This document shows, one piece after another, positions 7,441 through 15,050 of a DNA stretch of 31,406 nucleotides. A model generated the notes under the pieces. It did not search any database. It was not told the origin of the DNA and worked only from the letters and a program-made list of their open reading frames with translations. Position numbers and translations under genes: made by a program. Position 1 is the stretch's first letter. The number at the start of each line of letters is the position of its first letter. The stretch lies in the IMG/VR virus record IMGVR_UViG_3300045988_018198. One strand, written 5' to 3'. This DNA is from a virus.

Positions 7441-7454
7441 CGAACACGTGTTCT
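7441..7454. promoter_or_regulatory. Candidate LexA (Cheo/SOS) box abutting the -35 of the early promoter
   Basis: CGAACACGTGTTCT fits the Gram-positive CGAAC-N4-GTTC(G/T) consensus. It contains the perfect 12-bp palindrome GAACACGTGTTC and ends 1 nt from the -35 hexamer. Confidence 0.5.
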
Positions 7455-7480
7455 TGTATGGCTTTTTAATTCAAAAAATT

Positions 7481-7531
7481 GAGTTAAAAACAGAAAATCG
7501 AGTTAAATCGAGTTAAAAATGAGTTAGGTGG
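7481..7531 (+). repeat. Four helically phased direct repeats GAGTTA(A/G) upstream of and over the integrase RBS
   Basis: GAGTTA starts at 7481, 7500, 7510 and 7521 (spacing 19, 10, 11). The last copy runs into the GGTGGTGAG Shine-Dalgarno of int. Confidence 0.7.
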
Positions 7532-7538
7532 TGAGAAT

Positions 7539-8639
7539 ATGCCGACAAAATATAAGCGGGGATCGAATGGGTATTACAAGACAAACGTCTGGGACGGGAC
7601 ATACAAGGACGGGAAAAAGCACTACATCCAGATCCGATCAAAGAAATCCAGCCGAGATCTGGAGAAGAAGGTTGAGGAATACCGGCAAAAGGTTGAGGAG
7701 CGGAAGAACCTGAAAAAAAGCGAGATCACATTCCTTTCCTACGCCCGCACCTGGCTGGACGTATATAAAGCCGGGGTTGCAGACAACACCCGGGAGATGT
7801 ATGTCAACATCATCGAGAAGCACCTGATCGCCCTGGAGGGAATCCGCCTGCAAGACATTGAGCGGATCCACCTGCAACAGGTGTTGAATAATGCAGACGG
7901 GAAGAAGCCCACGCAGATCAAGATACGCATGACTTTCAAGGAGATCCTGGATTCCGCCGTCTCTGACCGGCTCTTCCCGGCGAATATCGCCGCCGAGATC
8001 ATGGCGAGCGTGGGGCGGATCAAGTACAAGCCGCCAGAAAAACGGGCACTCTACGAGTATGAAAAAGCCGCCCTCTTCCGGGCGGATCTGCGGGAGGATG
8101 ACAAGGTATTCGCTTACATCCTATACGGGTGTGGCTTACGGCTGGGGGAAAATGTGGCGTTGACCGTCTTTGACTTTGACCTCCGCACCCGGGAGATCAA
8201 GGTCTCCAAGGCCCACGCCCTGATCCGGGGCGAAGTGATACAGAAAGACCCAAAGAGCCGCAACGGCTTCCGGGTGGTTCCTATCCCCAGCACCATTTTC
8301 CCGGTGGTGCGGGATTACGTCACCCGGCTCCGTCAGGAAGGAAAGACCTACCTATTTACAATGCAGGACGGGAGACCGCTCACAAAATCAAGCTATGACC
8401 GCAAGTGGAAGCGGATCATCAAGGCAATGCAGGCGGTAAGCAAGGAACCGATCACGAACCTCACCGCCCACATTTTCCGACACAATTATTGCTCAACTCT
8501 TTGCTACCAGGTGCCAAAAATATCCATTAAGCGGATCGCCCAGCTGATGGGTGACACGGAAGCCGTGGTCTTGCAGGTGTATAACCACGTCATGGCAGAC
8601 ATGGAGGACACCCACGGGGCGATAGATAACGCACTCTGA
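7539..8639 (+). CDS. int: Tyrosine site-specific integrase
   Basis: 366 aa; N-terminal SAM-like core-binding region; C-terminal GLRLGE..., HIFRHNYCSTL and VLQVYNHV (R..H-x-x-R..Y catalytic pattern). Lies adjacent to the attP-like region. Confidence 0.9.
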   Translation: MPTKYKRGSNGYYKTNVWDGTYKDGKKHYIQIRSKKSSRDLEKKVEEYRQKVEERKNLKKSEITFLSYARTWLDVYKAGVADNTREMYVNIIEKHLIALEGIRLQDIERIHLQQVLNNADGKKPTQIKIRMTFKEILDSAVSDRLFPANIAAEIMASVGRIKYKPPEKRALYEYEKAALFRADLREDDKVFAYILYGCGLRLGENVALTVFDFDLRTREIKVSKAHALIRGEVIQKDPKSRNGFRVVPIPSTIFPVVRDYVTRLRQEGKTYLFTMQDGRPLTKSSYDRKWKRIIKAMQAVSKEPITNLTAHIFRHNYCSTLCYQVPKISIKRIAQLMGDTEAVVLQVYNHVMADMEDTHGAIDNAL

Positions 8640-8683
8640 AAATGACACGAAAATGACACATTGACACGAAAATGACACAAATA
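8640..8683 (+). repeat. Cluster of AAATGACAC / TTGACAC direct repeats (putative integrase arm-type sites, P arm)
   Basis: TGACACGAAAATGACACA at 8643..8660. TGACACGAAAATGACACAAATA at 8662..8683 is repeated exactly at 8876..8897. Confidence 0.6.
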
Positions 8684-8726
8684 CAATAGTCTACAATAGG
8701 CTACATTTACCCGGAACACCCGGACA

Positions 8727-8766
8727 TAAAAACGGCGGAAACCCTTGAAAATCTTGGATTTCCGCC
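8727..8766 (-). terminator. Intrinsic terminator immediately downstream of the tRNA-like fragment
   Basis: The minus strand has GGCGGAAA (17-nt loop) TTTCCGCC followed by GTTTTTAT. Confidence 0.6.
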
Positions 8767-8778
8767 ACTCTCATTCCA

Positions 8779-8825
8779 TGAGCGTGCGGGGATTCGAACC
8801 CCGGACAACTTGATTAAAAGTCAAG
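8779..8825 (-). other. attP core candidate: 3' 47 nt of a tRNA-Lys(UUU) gene (anticodon arm through discriminator); the 5' half is absent
   Basis: The minus strand reads CTTGA-CTTTTAA-TCAAG (anticodon arm, TTT), TTGTC, CGGGG-TTCGAAT-CCCCG (T arm), CACGCTC-A. Upstream sequence has no D-arm or 5' acceptor strand. Confidence 0.8.
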
Positions 8826-8875
8826 GTATCTGATAGCAGGAAACGCCCAAAAATACGCAGTTTTCCGGAACGCTG

Positions 8876-8897
8876 TGACACGAAAATGACACAAATA
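8876..8897 (+). repeat. Exact second copy of the 22-bp arm repeat (P' side of the core)
   Basis: TGACACGAAAATGACACAAATA is identical to 8662..8683; the two copies bracket the tRNA-like core. Confidence 0.7.
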
Positions 8898-8925
8898 TTT
8901 TAAACTTGAAAGCGTAGCGGTATAT

Positions 8926-9138
8926 ATGGATGATGATTTAAGAGAGTGGACACACTATCACTACTGCGGAGAAAGTAATGAAGAGTTTTTAAAACAGTAT
9001 TTTTTGAGACTTTGTTATGAACAGGGAGAGGAAAAGGCGGAAGAGTTTGAACAGCTTCTCTGGAATGAGTTCGAGATTGATATTGACGATCTTGTAAGCT
9101 ACGAAGAAAAAAGAAACGCCATTGAGGAATATGTATAA
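8926..9138 (+). CDS. Small acidic hypothetical protein (70 aa), plus-strand cargo
   Basis: ATG ORF with a weak SD; very acidic composition; located between attP and the lysis genes. Confidence 0.45.
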   Translation: MDDDLREWTHYHYCGESNEEFLKQYFLRLCYEQGEEKAEEFEQLLWNEFEIDIDDLVSYEEKRNAIEEYV

Positions 9139-9151
9139 GGAGGAAAATACA

Positions 9152-9463
9152 ATGTATACAGTTTACGAAAACAGAAACACAGGTATTAAAGGAAGGCCAT
9201 TTATGGTTGAAACCGCATTATTCAGCGGTACTAAAGAAGAATGTGCTGAGTATGAGGATATGAAGCGCAAGGAATACGCAAGACAGTACGGAAATGAATT
9301 TGGAACATTCGTTTACTGCTACACACGGTCAGACGAAGAGACGGAGCGGATCGAGAAGGCGAAGACCATCTACGACACACTCACAGACGAGCAGAAAAAT
9401 GACATCATTGAAGTGGATGGAAAAAGATACATAAGAGCCATCTACGAAGCAAATCACAAATAA
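9152..9463 (+). CDS. Hypothetical protein (103 aa, MYTVYENRNTGIKGRPF..), plus-strand cargo
   Basis: AAGGAGG lies 8 nt upstream of the ATG at 9152 (the track start at 9122 is over-extended); followed by a terminator. Confidence 0.65.
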   Translation: MYTVYENRNTGIKGRPFMVETALFSGTKEECAEYEDMKRKEYARQYGNEFGTFVYCYTRSDEETERIEKAKTIYDTLTDEQKNDIIEVDGKRYIRAIYEANHK

Positions 9464-9468
9464 AAAGC

Positions 9469-9498
9469 ACCCCGGAGCCACAAAGCCCCGGGGTTTTT
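9469..9498. terminator. Bidirectional intrinsic terminator between convergent genes
   Basis: ACCCCGG (11-nt loop) CCGGGGT followed by TTTTT on the plus strand, with an A-run on the other side. Confidence 0.75.
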
Positions 9499-9499
9499 C

Positions 9500-10291
9500 T
9501 TATCGCTTATTCACCCATTTCTGGAGTGCCGTGACGGTATTGACGCCCATGTATCCATCCACCTTCACGCCAAGGAGCTTCTGCCACGCCTTGATCGTCT
9601 TGGGCCCCATGAAGCCATCATCCTTCACGCCGACATGATTCTGCATTGCGCCGATCAGATCTGAGCCATTTCCCTGGCCTTTGAAGTCCCAGGAGCCAGA
9701 GTCCGCTCTAAGAAGGTATTTCTTCTGCGCCGGATCCTGATTGGAAACCTCGCCATCAACCGGCGTTCCGAAAATATTCTGAAGTTTCTTGGTGGTTTTT
9801 ACGCCCCACCAGCCGTCCACTTTAAGATCTCCGCTGGAAGTGGTGACAGAAACGCTTCCGCTCGCTCCAGCAATCTCGGAGAATGGGAAGTTTGCACCTG
9901 GACAATCCGTCGAACCAACGTCCTTATGCCGCTGTACCTTGCTGATTCCATACAGGCTTTTTACATAGGCTACCAGCTCTTTCCCCGCACTCTTCTGGGC
10001 GGATCCCATCGTCTCGATCTGGAAGTTGCCCTCAAAACAGATCCCGATACTATCAGAGTTTGCCCCGGAGGCGTGTGCCCCGACATATTTTTCCGGGCGA
10101 AGCCGGTACACGCTTCCATCCTTCCGGACAAGGAAGTGATAGCCAGCACCCGACCATCCTCTCTGCTTGTGCCAACGGTGGATATCTTCTGCACTGCACG
10201 TCTTCGCCGCCGCATGGTGAAGAATCATCCGGTTTGTCTTTTTTCTTACGCTCATGCTTCCGAATTTCAGATCTGTGTCGATGATTTTCAT
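9500..10291 (-). CDS. Endolysin: N-acetylmuramoyl-L-alanine amidase (Amidase_2/PGRP-like) with C-terminal peptidoglycan-binding repeats
   Basis: MILHHAAA..., GYHFLVRKDG, VGAHASGANSDSIGICFEGNF, then repeated DGxxGxxT..AlQ motifs. ATG at 10291 follows the holin stop. Confidence 0.85.
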   Translation of the reverse strand: MKIIDTDLKFGSMSVRKKTNRMILHHAAAKTCSAEDIHRWHKQRGWSGAGYHFLVRKDGSVYRLRPEKYVGAHASGANSDSIGICFEGNFQIETMGSAQKSAGKELVAYVKSLYGISKVQRHKDVGSTDCPGANFPFSEIAGASGSVSVTTSSGDLKVDGWWGVKTTKKLQNIFGTPVDGEVSNQDPAQKKYLLRADSGSWDFKGQGNGSDLIGAMQNHVGVKDDGFMGPKTIKAWQKLLGVKVDGYMGVNTVTALQKWVNKR

Positions 10292-10292
10292 A

Positions 10293-10760
10293 TTATTTTT
10301 CCTCGCTTTCTGCATTTACGATCTTATCTGCCACCTTCAATCCGCTCACTAAAATAGCCGGGACTTTAAACCCTGCTTCTACAAAGTTTTCAAGTATTGA
10401 GCGAATTTCGTTGATTATAAGTGACGCAAGGACGAACCAGCCGAGAAGCGTGGTCACCCCAAGGTCTACCCCGATGGAGTTTCCAATCTCGATAAATACA
10501 GCACCGGCTCCGAAAGCTACCAGCACCATCAACCAGTAGCCCAGCTTTTTCAGGACTCCTTGCCATCCCTTCACGCTATTTTCCTTTCCTGCCAGCCTGC
10601 TTTTCATCCAGCCTGTGATCCAGTCTGCGACATTGAGCAGGATAAACGCTACGAAAAGGAACCAGTGCTCGCCGAGCACGTAAGACAGGACGGCAATGAC
10701 CGCCCCGGTGACGGCGTTATAGCCGTCAATGAAAGATTCTGCGTAGGTCATCTTCTTCAT
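10293..10760 (-). CDS. Holin (TcdE / toxin-secretion / LL-H-like family)
   Basis: 155 aa with multiple TM segments; motifs NVADWITGW, KGWQGVLKKLGYW and SILENFVEAG; immediately upstream of the endolysin. Confidence 0.8.
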   Translation of the reverse strand: MKKMTYAESFIDGYNAVTGAVIAVLSYVLGEHWFLFVAFILLNVADWITGWMKSRLAGKENSVKGWQGVLKKLGYWLMVLVAFGAGAVFIEIGNSIGVDLGVTTLLGWFVLASLIINEIRSILENFVEAGFKVPAILVSGLKVADKIVNAESEEK

Positions 10761-10785
10761 TTCCTCACTTTCCTTTCTTTTTTTG

Positions 10786-10809
10786 TAAAAAAATAAGACC
10801 TTACGGTCT
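10786..10809 (-). terminator. Weak intrinsic terminator between the tail-fibre region and the holin
   Basis: The minus strand has AGACC-GTAA-GGTCT followed by TATTTTTTT; the stem is only 5 bp. Confidence 0.35.
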
Positions 10810-10825
10810 ATCTCTTGTTCTCATT

Positions 10826-11179
10826 TTGATCTCTTTAAAAAATGCGGGTTTGTCTGAGCTAAATAGCAAATTACAAGGACTTTTGGCAGACCCAGAGGAC
10901 ATAGATCTAGCCCTAAATACCTCTGGTTTTACGAGTAACAGTACCTGGGCGCAGAGAGTAGGTAGGCAAGTGACTGTATATCCACAGGTTGTCGGCACCC
11001 CAGTAAAAGGCCGGATGATTGCAAGTGGCTTGCCAGCACCACCCAGACAGATTATCGTAAGAGACGCCACATTTGGTCAGGCGGCGCTTAACACGGCGGG
11101 GCAATTAATTATTTCCAGCGCTGGATCCACATCCTCAACGTATTTTTTCATGCCGTTCACATATTGGGCGGCGGAGTAG
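10826..11179 (+). other. Silent, inverted alternative tail-fibre C-terminal cassette (no ATG or SD of its own)
   Basis: Open frame ..KNAGLSELNSKLQGLL...FTYWAAE* converges on the tail-fibre stop with a 1-nt gap. The only possible start is a TTG without an SD. It begins inside the left inverted repeat. Confidence 0.6.
10840..10869 (+). repeat. Left 30-bp inverted repeat (IR-L) of the candidate invertible segment
   Basis: AAATGCGGGTTTGTCTGAGCTAAATAGCAA compared with the reverse complement of 11542..11571, AAATGCGGGTTTGACAGAACTAAATAGCAA: 27/30 identical. Confidence 0.85.
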
Positions 11180-11180
11180 A

Positions 11181-12548
11181 TCACGCCCATCGTCCTTTGA
11201 GAATGAATCCAGCATTAATATAATCTACCTGGCCTGGATCTGCGTTAGCCGATATATACATACTTAATGTTTTCCCTTGTATATTATTTGCTGTCAGATC
11301 GTATATGCCGCTCGATACAATACTTCCGGAGAAAACCCATCGATCATCCGCCAGTGTTAATTCATCTGGAAGTGTTACGGTAATCATAAAATAATATCGA
11401 TTCGCAGAAGTCGAATGGGTAAAGCTTACTTGGGAAGCATCTGCCCGTCCTGACAGTTCAAATGTTCCGTCATTGTACTTTTTCAGGGTATATGGCCGGG
11501 AAGATATGCCTCCCAAGAGACCACTATACAGCTTATAAGAATTGCTATTTAGTTCTGTCAAACCCGCATTTGTTTCATTGATTGCTGAGACAAGGTCTGT
11601 CTTTTCTTCAGTTGTAAGCGCAGTCAGATTTCCGATCTCCATAGCGCACTCGTTGATCGCCGCTACAAGGCTGGTTTTTGCGGTCGTGACAAGGCTACCC
11701 AAAACCCCGATCATATTATACAGCGCATTGCCTTGTCTTGCGTCCAACACATACCCGTCCGATGTCTGGGTCAGTACGTTGGACACGCCTTTAAATGCGG
11801 CGGTTCCAAGGTCGGAAAACCACTTTGAAATCTTTCCAAAAAGTGTGGCAACCGTATCCCCGGAGGCTACATTCTCCCGGGTGCTCGCCTGCTCAAAGGT
11901 CACCGGCGTGGTGTCGATATCCTCAGCACTGCCGGGATCACCCTTTGGCCCCTGCGGGCCCTGCGCCCCGGTGGGGATCACGAAGTCTAAAACCGGGTTC
12001 TGCGCCGTGCCGGAGTTGGTGACCGAGGCCTGTGAGCCTGGTTCCCCGGTGGTAGTGCTTCCCACGGTCACGGTGCTGGAGAAATCACCCGCTTCCGCCT
12101 TATTTTCAATTTCCTCAGCGGCAGAGTTCGCCGCTTCCGCCGCCGTGTTCGCCGCCTGCGTCGCCTCCTGGAGTTCCTCGAAAAAGCTGGACTCGTTTTT
12201 TGATTCCTCGCTTTCGCCGTCCGTGTAATTCTGCCTCACATTAAGCGGCTGGACGAAAGTAACCAGGTTGTCATCCCCACTCATAACCTGGATCTGGAGC
12301 TTATTGAACCCAACCTCAGCCATCATCTGCGTGGTTACATCCACCGTCACATCATTCCCGGAGATCGTGGCGGCGTTATACACCGCAAGCCCGGACGGCT
12401 TCTGGACGAATACCTGCGCCGTGGCTCCCGCTGGGATCTGGAAGTCCCGGAAATGAAAAATGATCGGGATGGCGTTGGTGTTCTGCACATAGTCAATCGG
12501 GATCTTTACTCCGTCTGCTTTTGTGTAGATATCTCTTTCGATAGCCAT
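11181..12548 (-). CDS. Tail fibre / receptor-binding protein (BppU-like N-domain, short collagen-like GxxGxxGxxG, variable C-terminal head)
   Basis: 455 aa; N-terminus ..IPIDYVQNTNAIPIIFHFRDFQIPAGATAQVFV.. is BppU-like; contains GAQGPQGPKGDPG; sits after Dit and Tal. Confidence 0.8.
   Translation of the reverse strand: MAIERDIYTKADGVKIPIDYVQNTNAIPIIFHFRDFQIPAGATAQVFVQKPSGLAVYNAATISGNDVTVDVTTQMMAEVGFNKLQIQVMSGDDNLVTFVQPLNVRQNYTDGESEESKNESSFFEELQEATQAANTAAEAANSAAEEIENKAEAGDFSSTVTVGSTTTGEPGSQASVTNSGTAQNPVLDFVIPTGAQGPQGPKGDPGSAEDIDTTPVTFEQASTRENVASGDTVATLFGKISKWFSDLGTAAFKGVSNVLTQTSDGYVLDARQGNALYNMIGVLGSLVTTAKTSLVAAINECAMEIGNLTALTTEEKTDLVSAINETNAGLTELNSNSYKLYSGLLGGISSRPYTLKKYNDGTFELSGRADASQVSFTHSTSANRYYFMITVTLPDELTLADDRWVFSGSIVSSGIYDLTANNIQGKTLSMYISANADPGQVDYINAGFILKGRWA
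11542..11571 (-). repeat. Right 30-bp inverted repeat (IR-R) inside the tail-fibre gene
   Basis: See IR-L. The repeat is in the same codon phase (AAT GCG GGT TTG = NAGL) in both ORFs. Confidence 0.85.
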
Positions 12549-12558
12549 GTCTTCCTCC

Positions 12559-14361
12559 TTATGTTTGAATATCTGTTACAAGCCCGCCTTTTACAGTGAT
12601 AGATTTAATGCTTGATCCTATTGCTGTACCGCTAAAAGCGTCTGGAAAGCGTGGCGGGTCATCTGGGGTATCGGAATACCACCTCATGATATCCTCATAA
12701 GATCCACCAGACACCCTGCGTCTTACATAGAAATCGCATCCCTCATCTAAGATGATCGCCAGCCCACCGAGATCTCCTTGCGAGTTTGCCTTTCCAACAG
12801 ACGATATTGAGGCAACACGGTTTCCGGCGTCTGTCCAGTTGTATATCTGAACGGAATTGTTCTTTATTTCAACAGACAAATTTCCGTCATCGTCAATCTG
12901 TGTAAAGTCCCCGGACATTTGCAAATTCCCAGTATCCAGGTTCCAATAGGATCTCCCGGTTTTATCCGCCAAAAGCCCGGTTATTAAAGTATTCGCATAC
13001 CCGCCCTTTGCAGTGAAAGCTGTCGTCCAGTCCCAATCACTCCCGTCCTGCGTCCGGGTGTCGGAAATCTGGAACCCCTGAGTTCCAAGACACATTGCGC
13101 CGTATGTCGGGGAGTCGGGATCTGTGTCCTCGAAGAGGATCGCCCGCACGTCCTGCTTCTGAGCGATATTTTTCTGATATCGAAGCTGGGTGTTGATGGC
13201 GTTTAAAACGCCGGAAACCCGCTCTGCTACCAGGGTGTCCCCCGGGCCTATCACTTTCTGGATCGCCTGGAGGCTTGAAGTGAGCTCGTTGAAATAAGCA
13301 TACTCATATTCTCCGAGCGTGACCGTCTCCACCCGGTTGCGGATACAGTCCCAGGTCATTTTTATCGCTCGGGCTTCCGTCTCAATGTCGAGACGGTAGT
13401 TATAGCAATGCACGGTGTCCCCCAGCGCAACGCTTACCAGGTCTTCCACGTCTTTATATTGATCCGTCTGCTCCAGCGGGATCATGGAAACCTCAATAGT
13501 TACCGCCGGAAGATCCGCCCCGGATTCGTACATCTCTTCGCATTTCTGCGTGAGAGCCGCATTAAGGGCGGTTTGGTCTTCGCAAACGATGATCCCGTTG
13601 TCTTCGTCACCGTCACTTGCGTCCTCCGCAAGCTTCACATCCTCAAAGGTTACCTCTCGGATGTATTTCTTCGCATACTTATCAATATTCTCCGAGTCAA
13701 CCCACGGGGTATCGCCGCTCATGGTTCTGCCGTTGTACGCCACCGGGATGATCCGGGTCACCACATCAGACATATTGACGGAAAAGCTCAACCCGTCCAT
13801 GTTCTTCCCGTATCGGATCTCTGCACCTTTATCGGATCCGATTCTTTCGTTGATGATAACCGTCAGGTTATCATAGAGAATCTCGCCGCCCCACACCTGG
13901 CAGAAGGTCGGGCTGTCCTCGCCGTTGATAGCGTCCATCAGGTTCCGCCTCACAAAGTAAGCGGTTCCGCCGGTTGTGATATCGGAAGATCCCGAATACT
14001 TGCTCCCGGCGGTCATGATATTCAATGCCTGCTGTCCGCTCTGCCCGGTGGGCCGCACATCCATCAGGAAGCAGTCGTCCGCACTATCGAAAAAGATCGG
14101 GTAGGCGGTGATCTGGACGGCAGACTCGGTTTTTTCGCACTTGTCCACCCTGAAAAGCTGGTGATCGCCCTGGAAGGTTGGACAGGAAATAACCGCTTCT
14201 TCCGTCAGGTATTTCCAACGTCCTTCATCGTCCAGCGGGTGGCTCATGGTAAGCTCCCACGCCCCGTTGATCTCGCAAGTGAGAGGGCAGGACGTGGGGA
14301 AAAGCGTCATATCGCCGTTTTTGTCAAAGTTTTCATTGCCTGCTCTGTAGACTTGAATCAT
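12559..14361 (-). CDS. Tail-associated protein Tal (prophage tail endopeptidase-like minor structural protein)
   Basis: 600 aa after Dit. N-terminus MIQVYRAGNENFDKNGDMTLFPTSC.. is typical of siphovirus Tal. ATG at 14361 overlaps the Dit stop. Confidence 0.75.
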   Translation of the reverse strand: MIQVYRAGNENFDKNGDMTLFPTSCPLTCEINGAWELTMSHPLDDEGRWKYLTEEAVISCPTFQGDHQLFRVDKCEKTESAVQITAYPIFFDSADDCFLMDVRPTGQSGQQALNIMTAGSKYSGSSDITTGGTAYFVRRNLMDAINGEDSPTFCQVWGGEILYDNLTVIINERIGSDKGAEIRYGKNMDGLSFSVNMSDVVTRIIPVAYNGRTMSGDTPWVDSENIDKYAKKYIREVTFEDVKLAEDASDGDEDNGIIVCEDQTALNAALTQKCEEMYESGADLPAVTIEVSMIPLEQTDQYKDVEDLVSVALGDTVHCYNYRLDIETEARAIKMTWDCIRNRVETVTLGEYEYAYFNELTSSLQAIQKVIGPGDTLVAERVSGVLNAINTQLRYQKNIAQKQDVRAILFEDTDPDSPTYGAMCLGTQGFQISDTRTQDGSDWDWTTAFTAKGGYANTLITGLLADKTGRSYWNLDTGNLQMSGDFTQIDDDGNLSVEIKNNSVQIYNWTDAGNRVASISSVGKANSQGDLGGLAIILDEGCDFYVRRRVSGGSYEDIMRWYSDTPDDPPRFPDAFSGTAIGSSIKSITVKGGLVTDIQT

Positions 14362-15050
14362 AATTCCCTCCATCTTGGCGTAATATTGACCGCAAACCCA
14401 GCCGAGCCGGTCACGGTATTATCCCCGGGCGGCAACCAGAGCTTTGCATAGTCCCCGGTTGCATCCGTATTTAAGGTTTGCCCGTCATTCTTGTAAGAGA
14501 TCTGCCGGTCAGAGTCTATGACGATCTCCTGGCCAATATTCGCCGTGAACTCGTAGCCGTTTACGGTCAGCGTGCAAAGCCCTTCCCCCGTGATACGGTA
14601 GAGCGGGTGGCAGATGGCTCCGGGATTATATACCGCCCCGGAAGCCAGCACTTCCTTTTCCCCTTCGTCCGAATAGACGTAAGGATCGCATGTGAATTCC
14701 GCAGTAAATCTCCCGATCTTCCGGGAAGCCCGCTCTGTTGACGTGATCTTACAAAAAAGAGCCCGGTAGAAATAACCGGGATCATCGGAGAACCGGAGCT
14801 TTCCGTTTCCGCTCAGCCACTTCTTCGCTTTTCGATACACGCCCGCCCACTCGTCCGGCGGAGCCATGAAGTTCATCTCTACCGGGATCACGATAGGCTC
14901 ATAGAGCCCCTCGGAAATCGTCAGGATCCCGTCACGCCCCGGGACGGTCACTTCTTCGATCCGCTCCTCCGGGGCCGGGATACTTGGTCGGCGAACCGGG
15001 AGCAGGAAATATTCCCCGCCGGAGTGTCCGGCAAACTCAATCTGAAACAT
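14358..15050 (-). CDS. Distal tail protein (Dit)
   Basis: 230 aa directly after the tape measure; ..VTVPGRDGIL..., GKLRFSDDPGYFYRALF and GRFTAEFTCDPY are typical Dit motifs. Confidence 0.75.
   Translation of the reverse strand: MFQIEFAGHSGGEYFLLPVRRPSIPAPEERIEEVTVPGRDGILTISEGLYEPIVIPVEMNFMAPPDEWAGVYRKAKKWLSGNGKLRFSDDPGYFYRALFCKITSTERASRKIGRFTAEFTCDPYVYSDEGEKEVLASGAVYNPGAICHPLYRITGEGLCTLTVNGYEFTANIGQEIVIDSDRQISYKNDGQTLNTDATGDYAKLWLPPGDNTVTGSAGFAVNITPRWREL

Noticed and set aside
8684-8705. The short direct repeat CTACAATAG x2, and the CCCGGA x2 repeat (about 8710..8725), as additional regulatory sites
   Set aside because: They are very short and could arise by chance in an AT-rich spacer. They may be accessory sites (IHF or Xis) within attP, but nothing in the sequence alone supports a specific call.
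10801-11104. Minus-strand ORFs 10801..11070 and 10913..11104 inside the inverted cassette region
   Set aside because: They are antisense to the better-supported plus-strand cassette frame, have no SD, and translate to low-complexity sequence. Treated as shadow ORFs.
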